A stretch of 63,979 bases of DNA, filler included, from Stramenopiles sp. TOSAG23-2 (Eukaryota), in the NCBI GenBank assembly GCA_900128395.1. It is 47 parts of 47 records of this genome, joined end to end, with 100 filler letters (N's around TTAATTAATTAA, not from the genome) between each part and the next. Parts side by side here need not be neighbours in the genome. Positions count along the whole stretch, not along the records: positions 1 to 4,356 come from LT650919.1; positions 4,457 to 5,659 come from LT653478.1; positions 5,760 to 6,962 come from LT653479.1; positions 7,063 to 8,265 come from LT653480.1; positions 8,366 to 9,568 come from LT653481.1; positions 9,669 to 10,870 come from LT653482.1; 41 more parts are not named here. The stretch is one strand, 5' to 3'. The notes below the pieces were generated by a model that saw only the letters and a program-made list of their open reading frames with translations, did no database searches and was not told where the DNA came from. Shown piece after piece: positions 1-10,677 of the stretch (positions are counted from its first letter, which is position 1; every line of letters starts with the position of its first letter). The position numbers and the translations under genes are program-made.

Positions 1-431
1 ACGTGAACATTAATGAATGTCTCTCTCTATCTATCTATATATGTCTATCTATTATATCTTCTTACGAATGAGTTTATCGTTTATCCATTTTTTATAGGAT
101 TTATACTTATACTATACCAAGTAATTATTAATATATTGCTATTATTATTTGCACTTTAAAACTTGTATGTTTGTATGTTGCATTTTTTTTTTAGCTTTTA
201 CATTTTACATGTAGTCGTCGTCTAGCACCTTAATAATAATTTATAAAAAAGTGCATTTGCATTTTAATTTATGTGCATTTCATCATACAACAAAAAAAAA
301 GAATTAAGATATAATATCATATATCGTATATATAATACCATCCTCCCTCTTTATATCGTCTGTATTAAAAGATTCTTTTCAGTTACGTATATAACCAAAC
401 ATATAACATAGTAAATATTATAAATTGAAGC

Positions 432-1778
432 ATGAGCAATATACACCCATTAAATATTACCGTCATGCGTTTGTTTAAACCAAAATTATTAGTAGATCCA
501 CCACCAATATCGGAAATGTATACAACAATTGGGGAACATGATACGAGTGGGCCGTTAACAAGTATGCTTGCGTTGCCTGAAACACCTGGGGATACGTATT
601 TAGGACAAAAATTTTCTGCATACGTGCGTGCAACAAATATGACAACACGGCCTATCAAAAATGTAAAGGTTACCGTCGAGATGCATACACCATCCACACG
701 AATATCATTATTGGATAAACGTATCATACAGATGGATACAAATAGTAGCAACGGGACGGATGGTCCAAAAAATCAAAGTTTAGCATTAAATTTAGACGAA
801 GGTGTTGATATACGAGTAGAACATTTATTGACTGAATTGGACGTCCATCGACTACAGGTAACTGTCACATATACACACCCAGACAAAGGGGAGCCAGTTG
901 AAATAGTCAAACTATACCCAGTGAAAGTCATGCGACCAATAAATGTTACTTTACGTTCACGGGAAAAAAAATTAGATGGTGAAAATAATTTAAATGTTTT
1001 TGTAGAATGTGCGTTAAAAAATTTAACGTCTTCCTCCATTGTTTTACATAGTGTTAATTTTATTTGCAAATCGGGATACAAAGCGATTGATTTAGCAAGC
1101 GGTACATGTGTAGAGCAGCATTGCAGTTATCCAGGACAAGAAGATGAAAAAGAGTCGTTTTTAAATAGTAATATACGTTCAATGAATGAATCTGAACGTG
1201 TCGTCCTACGACCAAATAATGTCCAACATTACATATTTCATGTATCTTCCATAAAAAATGAACCATCATCTAATAATGTAAACAATAACGCACCAAAGAA
1301 ACCACCAAAATCTGCGATTGCAGGGAAAAAAATTGAATTAGGTCGCTTGTTGATGATGTGGCGCACAAGTATGGGAGAATCTGCAAGTTTACAAACTGCA
1401 CCTGTATTTGTTGCAAGCCCTGGCACGATGGATGTTACTTTGAATATTAAAAAAGTAGCAAATAATATAGTTGTAAATAAACCATTTACAATAGATTTTT
1501 CAATTGTAAATAATGCATCAAGAGATTTAAATCTACAAGTACTATGGAACAATAGTAATAATAATGGAGACGGTAATATGAATACAAAGCCATTTGGTGT
1601 ACTTGGTAAATCGACGAAAAATATTGGATGCATAACACCTGGAAGTAAGATCGATTGTTCAGTATCATTTATAGCATATAAAACTGGTTTGTATACATTG
1701 GGCGATATTTTGATCAAAGATATTTTTACCAATAATATTTACAATGTGAAACAAAACAGGAAAATTTTTGTGCCGTAA
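432..1778 (+). CDS. TRAPPC13: Trafficking protein particle complex subunit 13 (DUF974)
   Basis: HPLNITVMRLFKP, LALPETPGDTYLGQKFSAYV and LGRLLMMWRTSMGESASLQT match remembered family motifs. Confidence 0.85.
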   Translation: MSNIHPLNITVMRLFKPKLLVDPPPISEMYTTIGEHDTSGPLTSMLALPETPGDTYLGQKFSAYVRATNMTTRPIKNVKVTVEMHTPSTRISLLDKRIIQMDTNSSNGTDGPKNQSLALNLDEGVDIRVEHLLTELDVHRLQVTVTYTHPDKGEPVEIVKLYPVKVMRPINVTLRSREKKLDGENNLNVFVECALKNLTSSSIVLHSVNFICKSGYKAIDLASGTCVEQHCSYPGQEDEKESFLNSNIRSMNESERVVLRPNNVQHYIFHVSSIKNEPSSNNVNNNAPKKPPKSAIAGKKIELGRLLMMWRTSMGESASLQTAPVFVASPGTMDVTLNIKKVANNIVVNKPFTIDFSIVNNASRDLNLQVLWNNSNNNGDGNMNTKPFGVLGKSTKNIGCITPGSKIDCSVSFIAYKTGLYTLGDILIKDIFTNNIYNVKQNRKIFVP

Positions 1779-2578
1779 ATAGAGGACATCCTAATACCCA
1801 GGGAAGTAATATTAAAAAATATTATATATTTTATTATATAATATATGGTATTTTATCGTAGTTATAAAAATTTTACCCTTCTCGTGTGTTAAGTAATATG
1901 CTCAATGCTCAATCGCAAGAATAATATGCTATCCTACTATTAATAAAGCTCTCATGCGCCGCCGCAAGCTAATATGATACTATCATATATATATCATAAG
2001 CAAAAATATTATTATATACTTTTCAAAGATGGTACGGACAGTTAGAGTTTTTCATTTTTATGTACACGTTCATTATAAAAATATTTTGTATGTTTTTTTA
2101 CATTTTTATATTATATATAAAATATTTTAATATTTTAATATATATATAAAAAAATTAAAAAAGTTTTATATATATATATATATATATATAAAACTTTTTT
2201 AATTTTTTTATATATATATTAAAATATTAAAATATTTTATATATAATATAAAAATGTAAAAAAACATACAAAATATTTTTATAATGAACGTGTACATAAA
2301 AATGAAAAACTCTAACTGTCCGTACCATCTTTGAAAAGTATATAATAATATTTTTGCTTATGATATATATATGATAGTATCATATTAGCTTGCGGCGGCG
2401 CATGAGAGCTTTATTAATAGTAGGATAGCATATTATTCTTGCGATTGAGCATTGAGCATATTACTTAACACACGAGAAGGGTAAAATTTTTATAACTACG
2501 ATAAAATACCATATATTATATAATAAAATATATAATATTTTTTTATATTACTTCCCTGGGTATTAGGATGTCCTCTAT

Positions 2579-3925
2579 TTACGGCACAAAAATTTTCCTG
2601 TTTTGTTTCACATTGTAAATATTATTGGTAAAAATATCTTTGATCAAAATATCGCCCAATGTATACAAACCAGTTTTATATGCTATAAATGATACTGAAC
2701 AATCGATCTTACTTCCAGGTGTTATGCATCCAATATTTTTCGTCGATTTACCAAGTACACCAAATGGCTTTGTATTCATATTACCGTCTCCATTATTATT
2801 ACTATTGTTCCATAGTACTTGTAGATTTAAATCTCTTGATGCATTATTTACAATTGAAAAATCTATTGTAAATGGTTTATTTACAACTATATTATTTGCT
2901 ACTTTTTTAATATTCAAAGTAACATCCATCGTGCCAGGGCTTGCAACAAATACAGGTGCAGTTTGTAAACTTGCAGATTCTCCCATACTTGTGCGCCACA
3001 TCATCAACAAGCGACCTAATTCAATTTTTTTCCCTGCAATCGCAGATTTTGGTGGTTTCTTTGGTGCGTTATTGTTTACATTATTAGATGATGGTTCATT
3101 TTTTATGGAAGATACATGAAATATGTAATGTTGGACATTATTTGGTCGTAGGACGACACGTTCAGATTCATTCATTGAACGTATATTACTATTTAAAAAC
3201 GACTCTTTTTCATCTTCTTGTCCTGGATAACTGCAATGCTGCTCTACACATGTACCGCTTGCTAAATCAATCGCTTTGTATCCCGATTTGCAAATAAAAT
3301 TAACACTATGTAAAACAATGGAGGAAGACGTTAAATTTTTTAACGCACATTCTACAAAAACATTTAAATTATTTTCACCATCTAATTTTTTTTCCCGTGA
3401 ACGTAAAGTAACATTTATTGGTCGCATGACTTTCACTGGGTATAGTTTGACTATTTCAACTGGCTCCCCTTTGTCTGGGTGTGTATATGTGACAGTTACC
3501 TGTAGTCGATGGACGTCCAATTCAGTCAATAAATGTTCTACTCGTATATCAACACCTTCGTCTAAATTTAATGCTAAACTTTGATTTTTTGGACCATCCG
3601 TCCCGTTGCTACTATTTGTATCCATCTGTATGATACGTTTATCCAATAATGATATTCGTGTGGATGGTGTATGCATCTCGACGGTAACCTTTACATTTTT
3701 GATAGGCCGTGTTGTCATATTTGTTGCACGCACGTATGCAGAAAATTTTTGTCCTAAATACGTATCCCCAGGTGTTTCAGGCAACGCAAGCATACTTGTT
3801 AACGGCCCACTCGTATCATGTTCCCCAATTGTTGTATACATTTCCGATATTGGTGGTGGATCTACTAATAATTTTGGTTTAAACAAACGCATGACGGTAA
3901 TATTTAATGGGTGTATATTGCTCAT
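2579..3925 (-). CDS. TRAPPC13: Mirror copy of TRAPPC13
   Basis: Same 448-aa translation as 432..1778. Confidence 0.8.
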   Translation of the reverse strand: MSNIHPLNITVMRLFKPKLLVDPPPISEMYTTIGEHDTSGPLTSMLALPETPGDTYLGQKFSAYVRATNMTTRPIKNVKVTVEMHTPSTRISLLDKRIIQMDTNSSNGTDGPKNQSLALNLDEGVDIRVEHLLTELDVHRLQVTVTYTHPDKGEPVEIVKLYPVKVMRPINVTLRSREKKLDGENNLNVFVECALKNLTSSSIVLHSVNFICKSGYKAIDLASGTCVEQHCSYPGQEDEKESFLNSNIRSMNESERVVLRPNNVQHYIFHVSSIKNEPSSNNVNNNAPKKPPKSAIAGKKIELGRLLMMWRTSMGESASLQTAPVFVASPGTMDVTLNIKKVANNIVVNKPFTIDFSIVNNASRDLNLQVLWNNSNNNGDGNMNTKPFGVLGKSTKNIGCITPGSKIDCSVSFIAYKTGLYTLGDILIKDIFTNNIYNVKQNRKIFVP

Positions 3926-4356
3926 GCTTCAATTTATAATATTTACTATGTTATATGTTTGGTTATATACGTAACTGAAAAGAATCTTTTAATACAGACG
4001 ATATAAAGAGGGAGGATGGTATTATATATACGATATATGATATTATATCTTAATTCTTTTTTTTTGTTGTATGATGAAATGCACATAAATTAAAATGCAA
4101 ATGCACTTTTTTATAAATTATTATTAAGGTGCTAGACGACGACTACATGTAAAATGTAAAAGCTAAAAAAAAAATGCAACATACAAACATACAAGTTTTA
4201 AAGTGCAAATAATAATAGCAATATATTAATAATTACTTGGTATAGTATAAGTATAAATCCTATAAAAAATGGATAAACGATAAACTCATTCGTAAGAAGA
4301 TATAATAGATAGACATATATAGATAGATAGAGAGAGACATTCATTAATGTTCACGT

Positions 4357-4456
4357 NNNNNNNNNNNNNNNNNNNNNNNNNNNNNNNNNNNNNNNNNNNN
4401 TTAATTAATTAANNNNNNNNNNNNNNNNNNNNNNNNNNNNNNNNNNNNNNNNNNNN
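4357..4456. other. Artificial contig linker (N44-TTAATTAATTAA-N44), recurring about every 1.3 kb through the window
   Basis: Identical 100-nt spacer with stops in all six frames; it produces the XXX/LIN tails in the ORF track. Confidence 0.99.
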
Positions 4457-4641
4457 TGATGTCTACCTGCTAATCAAAAATACATGTAGTGCAAAAATGA
4501 AAAGCATGTGTATATCATTAGACGAGCAAATTGTCATAACACAAATGTAATCAGATTTCAAGGGTTGAGTGTGGTGTTCAAGTATGAATTAACATAGGTT
4601 ATTTTATTACCATTAGTGTACTCCACGCCGTAAAGATTTTT

Positions 4642-4874
4642 GTGAGTCAAAATTGATACATCTGTGCACATCTATTAAAACGACTCACACAAAGAAAAAA
4701 TGTCAACAAGATTTTCGTGAGTCAAATCTGATACATCTATAAGAACGACTCACAAAAATTTAAAAATTATTAAACATGTTCAGATGTTATAGTTGGTATA
4801 CAAAATTTAAAAATAGATGTAACCGATGCCAAATTTCGTGAGTCAAATATACATCTTCTATAAGAACGACTCAC
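4642..4874. repeat. Three palindromic units GTGAGTC...CTAT...GACTCAC (47, 37 and 37 nt)
   Basis: Units at 4642-4688, 4717-4753 and 4838-4874. Confidence 0.9.
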
Positions 4875-5093
4875 AAAAAAAGAAACTAGTTTTAGAAGAA
4901 AGGTAATTTTATGCATCTATCATAGTAAATAATTTTTTTAATTCAAAAATCGCTAAAAGTCCCTGACGATTCCCTGGACTCCCTAGCTGGTGATGACATC
5001 GGCTAAAATACCCATATGCATATTGCATCAATTTGTTCGTATATTCTAAGCATATTCTTATGTTTTTATAACCAAAATAATGATATTAAAATT

Positions 5094-5522
5094 ATGTCTA
5101 CCAGCCGCGCATATATCCAAAAAAGCAAAACCAACTATTGGGGAACTCCCACGCACATCCTAGACCAATACAGAGGATGGTTCGACCCGTGTCCATTTCC
5201 TAAACCAGAGTGGGATGGCTTAACCCTGAATTGGCTCTCGCACGACAAAATATTTTGCAACCCACCTTACAATAATCTCAAGGCATGGTCAAGAAAATGC
5301 TACGAGACGCTGACGCAAGCGAAAAGGTACAACCAACCTGTGGAGATTCATCTGTTGATTCCAGTCCGCACGGATACCGCCTACTTTCATGATTATATTT
5401 CTCCATATGCAACGCTTCACTTTATCAGGGGGCGCTTAAAATTCCGTGATTTAACGGGAGTATCAAAGAAACCCACCAATGCGACATTTCCTAGCATGGT
5501 GTGCGTTTATCAACACGTGTGA
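5094..5522 (+). CDS. Phage/virus-type DNA N6-adenine methyltransferase (T1 Dam-like family)
   Basis: W.TP, FDPCP, DGL...W, IFCNPPY, LLIPVRTDTAYFH and FIRGRLKF motifs; intronless; likely start ATG 5094. Confidence 0.88.
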   Translation: MSTSRAYIQKSKTNYWGTPTHILDQYRGWFDPCPFPKPEWDGLTLNWLSHDKIFCNPPYNNLKAWSRKCYETLTQAKRYNQPVEIHLLIPVRTDTAYFHDYISPYATLHFIRGRLKFRDLTGVSKKPTNATFPSMVCVYQHV

Positions 5523-5570
5523 GGAGAGTAAAACAAGCTAAAATGAAATATATTTTATATTTATCCAATT

Positions 5571-5659
5571 TTACAACCTCTCGCCACTATTCCCATACTC
5601 GTCTTGAAGCAGGCTTCTTCTTCTAGCATTACTACCACATGGTTTGCTATTTGGTTCGT
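5571..5659 (-). CDS. 3' end of an unknown gene (...RRRSLLQDEYGNSGERL*)
   Basis: Same peptide LLQDEYGNSGERL* at 55430-55471 with only synonymous changes. Confidence 0.5.
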
Positions 5660-6517
5660 NNNNNNNNNNNNNNNNNNNNNNNNNNNNNNNNNNNNNNNNN
5701 NNNTTAATTAATTAANNNNNNNNNNNNNNNNNNNNNNNNNNNNNNNNNNNNNNNNNNNNAAGAAATTAAAAAATTATTACGTGATGCAAAAACACGAAGG
5801 AAAAAAGATAAAAAATTTGTAAAAGCTATGATGCAAACAATTATACCATCTAATAATAATAATAATAAATCGTCAACAATACAAACAAACAATAAGAAGA
5901 TGGAAGAAGACGAAGATGGAAAGAAGATGATGGAAATGATAATAAATGATAATGCAAATGAAAGGGATGGTCTATTGACAAATAATGATACATCCACATT
6001 GACCACGGATGATATTGATGAAAGTGAAGATGAAAACGATCATCGTGATTTATTTCATACATATCATCATGCAAATAAGAATCAAATTACTTCTTACTGG
6101 TGGTGGTGGTGGAACAATTGTTGTTGTATGAAAAAGAAGAACAAAAAACAAATGAAACAGGAGAACCAGAAATACAAAACCCTTTGAACGAGAGAAAATG
6201 TGGGTACGACGATGAGAACGGTGTAACGTGTTTATTGTAGTGATGAGAGAGAAGAGTAAAGATAATAGATTCTAATGTGTGTTCCTTTGTTCAGTGTGTA
6301 CAAATGTTTTTCTATTTCTTCTTCTTGTGAGTTTTTAAGTTCTTCAGCTTCAATTGTATTTTTTTTGGTTTAGCAACTTTAATTTTATTATTGGTTCCTT
6401 CCTTCTTTAAGCTAAAAGTGAATAATTTGTGAATGAGAATAGAACAAAAATATACACACATATATAATATAATAACATATTTGATACAATATATATCAAA
6501 AACAAAATAAAACAATA

Positions 6518-6962
6518 ATGGCGACACAAAACAACAACAACAACAACATGAAGAAAAAACGTATAGCATATTTAGATTGTCCAACTGGTATAGCGGGTGA
6601 CATGTTATTAGCAGCATGTATTGATGCTGGTTGTGATTTAGGCATTTTAACGTTAATGTTAGAAGGTTTGAAAGATATTAAAAATGAATGGAATATTGTA
6701 GTTAAAGATGTTCGTAAAGGACATGCTGGTATGGCAGCAAAGCATGTGACGGTAGAAACCGATGAACCAAAGCTTGGCCATGGACATAGTCACGGTGGTG
6801 GTGATGGACATGGACATAGTCACGGTGGTGGTGATGGACATGGACATAGTCATGGAGGTCAAAATAATAATACTGATAAAATAAATGAATATGATGCTGA
6901 TATACCGTTTACAAGAAAATATTCAGATGTTAAACGTATGATTGAAGAAGCACCAACATTAA
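6518..6962 (+). CDS. larC: Nickel-pincer cofactor nickel insertase LarC, N-terminal part (3' truncated)
   Basis: IAYLDCPTGIAGDMLLAACIDAG signature followed by three (G)HGHSH His-rich repeats. Confidence 0.88.
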
Positions 6963-7062
6963 NNNNNNNNNNNNNNNNNNNNNNNNNNNNNNNNNNNNNN
7001 NNNNNNTTAATTAATTAANNNNNNNNNNNNNNNNNNNNNNNNNNNNNNNNNNNNNNNNNNNN

Positions 7063-8013
7063 AATTATTTTAATAATAATATTAATAATAATAACAACAG
7101 CAATATAATTAATGATGTACCAGTTCTTGGATCATGTACTATTGTTCAAGCTTCTATTTTGTATGGGTTTTTATTAACAATTTTTTTCATTTCGATATAC
7201 AATTACATATATCATAAAAATGGCATTAAATTATTTGCATTCTTATGGTTTGTAATATCAATCTATCCAGCATCGCATTTAGGTATGAAAATTGGTACTG
7301 TTCTTGCGGAAAGGTTATTGTATACACCTATTGTTGCAGTTTTATTATGGATTTTTTCATCCTTTACTTATTATTATGATATCGATGATGATGAATCGAT
7401 CACCAATGTGGAAAAAGTAGTATTGGATAATAATAAAAAAAATAAAAAGAAATCAACTGATATTTTAATAGTAAATTATGCAACTAAAGAAATACATTAT
7501 AGTATGTTTTACAATTTGATTTGTAATGTTGTATGGAAAACTATTATTTCTGGAATAATTATAATATTTGGCATACATTCTATGAATCGAATTGATAAAT
7601 GGAAAAATAATTCAACATTATTCAAAAGTGCATTGGAGACATATCCAAACAATGCAAGAATGAATAATAATGTTGGAACAACTATTTTGCGTAATAGTGT
7701 CAAATCAAGCACGATGACGAAAGATTTACAACTTGCACAAATGCATTTTCACCGTGCGTTGACTTCCGCCCCATCACATACGATGGCATGGCATAATTAT
7801 GGATTAACTTTGTTAATGTTAAAAAAACCAAGTGATTCGTTGCCATATTTTGAAAATGCTATTAAATTGGAGCCAAATGTAGAAATGATATTGAACAATT
7901 ATGGGATTGCATTGAGAGATTCTGGGGAAAAAAAGAAAGCAAATGAAATATTTAAACGTGCTGAAAAGTTAGGAAGATTCAATCAAGTAAAAAGACCAGG
8001 ATTTGATGGATAA
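7063..8013 (+). CDS. TMTC: TMTC-family protein O-mannosyltransferase, C-terminal part with TPRs
   Basis: GTVLAERLLYTP; W.NNSTLFKSAL...PNNARMNNNVG; TPR repeats. Confidence 0.82.
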   Translation, partial: NYFNNNINNNNNSNIINDVPVLGSCTIVQASILYGFLLTIFFISIYNYIYHKNGIKLFAFLWFVISIYPASHLGMKIGTVLAERLLYTPIVAVLLWIFSSFTYYYDIDDDESITNVEKVVLDNNKKNKKKSTDILIVNYATKEIHYSMFYNLICNVVWKTIISGIIIIFGIHSMNRIDKWKNNSTLFKSALETYPNNARMNNNVGTTILRNSVKSSTMTKDLQLAQMHFHRALTSAPSHTMAWHNYGLTLLMLKKPSDSLPYFENAIKLEPNVEMILNNYGIALRDSGEKKKANEIFKRAEKLGRFNQVKRPGFDG

Positions 8014-8620
8014 TAATAAGGAAGTGTACACGAAAAAAAGAAAGACAATGTACACTCTATAAATTTTTATTTTATTTTATTTGCATATCAAATATTTAAT
8101 TTATTATTTATGCACACACACACACATACATATAATACATTATGATTATACGAGTATATTTAAATTATAATATATACGTCGTATATACTCGCTACGTATT
8201 TTGTAATACTAGTTCGTATTTTTTATACACAAAGTTTGATTATTTTTATCATATCTTTCATTTGANNNNNNNNNNNNNNNNNNNNNNNNNNNNNNNNNNN
8301 NNNNNNNNNTTAATTAATTAANNNNNNNNNNNNNNNNNNNNNNNNNNNNNNNNNNNNNNNNNNNNCAAATATTTTTAAAATATCATTTTATCTTGTTTTT
8401 ATTTTATATTTTTATATTTTTTTCTATTTTATATTTAAAAATAAAAAATATATCACTAGTCTATCTATCATATAAAAAATATTTTATATTATAATTATAT
8501 GGCATATATCTCATAATCTCATAATGTATGTATATACCGACTCGTATTACGTATATGTGTACATATAATTATATGTGCATTATAGTATCATACGTCGTCG
8601 TACATTTCCCCCTCCCGCCT

Positions 8621-9448
8621 CTATAATTCCTCCTCGCCCTCGTCACTACTACTGCTATCATTATCATCACTCTTTTTCACCCAATTATTATTGTTATTAT
8701 TTGATCTACCTCCAGTCACGATTACATTGCTATCATTATCGATACTTTTAGCTGGTAAAATATTTTCAATTTTTAAAAGCTGATACCATGTATTTAATAA
8801 TTGTTCCAATGTATTTATTTTACCATTAAAACTATCAATAACATATTTAATATCATATAATAATTTTGTTTCAATATCATCTTGCGTGGTGTCAAAAATA
8901 AATTCTGGATTAAAATTACTATTACTCAATGGGGATTGATGGTTTTTTAATACATAAAAATAGTTATTAAATCCACCTAGTAATGTTTTAAAAGCGTGTA
9001 TAAGCTCATGTGATTGACTTCTTGATTGTTTTAAAACATTAATATAAACATCGTTATTAAAATTAGTTGTCATCCAGAAATTCACCTTGTAATTTTCTTC
9101 TTCTAATTTCATGTTATTATTATTATTATCGGTTTCATCATTATTATTATGTAGTCTAAGCCATAACACAATATAATGAAACCAACATCGTAAACGGTGT
9201 TCATATATATTTGGGCCGATAAAATATTTTGGATACGTAATATAATTATCATGCTCATTTTTAAACCATGATTTTAACACTGATAATAGGCGCTTAAAAC
9301 AATTTCGATATTGATCAGCAATACCTTTAGATGGTGCACGTAATAATAATTGAGCCGTTGTTAAACCGGCTTGTTTTTTAAAAGTAGTTTCATTAATTGT
9401 AATGAAATTTTCTAAAACAATATGATAGTACATATATATGATTATCAA
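8621..9448 (-). CDS. Hypothetical protein, C-terminal exon
   Basis: Long ORF with host-type Asn runs and an acidic tail. Confidence 0.5.
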   Translation of the reverse strand: MIIIYMYYHIVLENFITINETTFKKQAGLTTAQLLLRAPSKGIADQYRNCFKRLLSVLKSWFKNEHDNYITYPKYFIGPNIYEHRLRCWFHYIVLWLRLHNNNDETDNNNNNMKLEEENYKVNFWMTTNFNNDVYINVLKQSRSQSHELIHAFKTLLGGFNNYFYVLKNHQSPLSNSNFNPEFIFDTTQDDIETKLLYDIKYVIDSFNGKINTLEQLLNTWYQLLKIENILPAKSIDNDSNVIVTGGRSNNNNNNWVKKSDDNDSSSSDEGEEEL

Positions 9449-10086
9449 TTAAGACAACAAAAAATATACTGAGAAGTATAAAATAAAAATCTGGATTTTC
9501 CAACAGATCCTTTAAGTTAATATCATCTCGTTGACCATCATTTCCATCTTCTTCTTCCTCCTCCTCAANNNNNNNNNNNNNNNNNNNNNNNNNNNNNNNN
9601 NNNNNNNNNNNNTTAATTAATTAANNNNNNNNNNNNNNNNNNNNNNNNNNNNNNNNNNNNNNNNNNNNTTTCTTTATAACGTGTCTTTCTATATTTACAA
9701 ATACTGTACAAAGCGAGTCTTATCGAGTTAGTATATTTTCATTCAACATATCCGTATATCGATATATACAGTCGTCTATATATTTAATATCTGATATTGT
9801 CCTTGCGTAGAAGTTTATCTTTTTTTCGTCACCGATATAATAATACATATATATATTTTAATTTCTGTAATAATTTAAATTACTACTGGTACTAACTACT
9901 GCTGCTGTACCGACCAGTTTGTGGTGATGTGGTTATATGGTGCAGTAATTCTGGGCTGTATTGTATGTATAGTATAATAATAATAGCAGGCGAAGATGAT
10001 GAGGGGATCGAGTAATTATAATGGTGCATCATAATGTGGTATATATCTAATATAATATAAAAGAAAAAATTAATTTAAATTTTTTT

Positions 10087-10677
10087 TTAATAATATTGTT
10101 GCTGCCGCTGTTTTTGCAGTGGACTTGCTTGAAATTGATTGGACATCCCTATTGGATTGCTATACATAGGTTGCTGCGGTGTCATAAATTGTTGCTGTTG
10201 TTGTTGCTGTTGTTGAGCGCTTATCATATACACATTCTGTTGTTGTGAATTATACATCATATTTGGTTGGCCATACATAGGTTGTTGCATTTGTTGCATT
10301 TGTTGTGGCTGTTGACCATACGGAGAACCAAACATACCATTTTGTCCATCACTATTATTCATCATCATATTTACTCCACTACCTTGTTGTTGAAATGGCT
10401 GTTGCTGTGTCTGTTGCATCACCATGGGATTTTGTTGTTGTTGGTGCTGTTGTTGTTGCATTTGCTGCCCCATTATGGGATTTTGTTGAACATTATTAGC
10501 GCTAGAAGTGTTCATTGGAGGCAAGATGGTTGTCGTTGGCATGTTGTTATAATTATTAGTCGATGCATTCATGAGCTCTTGATTACGCAATTTCTTTTCC
10601 TTTTTTCTTCTAGTTTGTTCCATTTTCCCTTTCTTTGCTAATTGCTTCTTTTTGTGTCTTTCTCTTATATCATTCAT
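10087..10677 (-). CDS. Q/M/P-rich low-complexity C-terminal fragment
   Basis: ORF track; CAA/CAG-rich. Confidence 0.55.
   Translation of the reverse strand: MNDIRERHKKKQLAKKGKMEQTRRKKEKKLRNQELMNASTNNYNNMPTTTILPPMNTSSANNVQQNPIMGQQMQQQQHQQQQNPMVMQQTQQQPFQQQGSGVNMMMNNSDGQNGMFGSPYGQQPQQMQQMQQPMYGQPNMMYNSQQQNVYMISAQQQQQQQQQFMTPQQPMYSNPIGMSNQFQASPLQKQRQQQYY

Larger units (their letters stand above)
1..4356. repeat. Whole-contig inverted repeat (2178-bp arms) centred on a (TA)n run
   Basis: Position x pairs with 4357-x; identical mirrored ORFs; one mismatch seen (1813 vs 2544). Confidence 0.97.
4457..5659. mobile_element. Variant 1 of a putative endogenous viral or mobile element (block A + palindromic array + MTase + block B)
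   Basis: 4457-4641 matches the reverse complement of about 56069-56240; 5530-5612 matches the reverse complement of 55430-55500. Confidence 0.65.

Noticed and set aside
4401-4412. Recurring TTAATTAATTAA motif and ORFs ending in X...LIN
   Set aside because: Artificial linker between contigs
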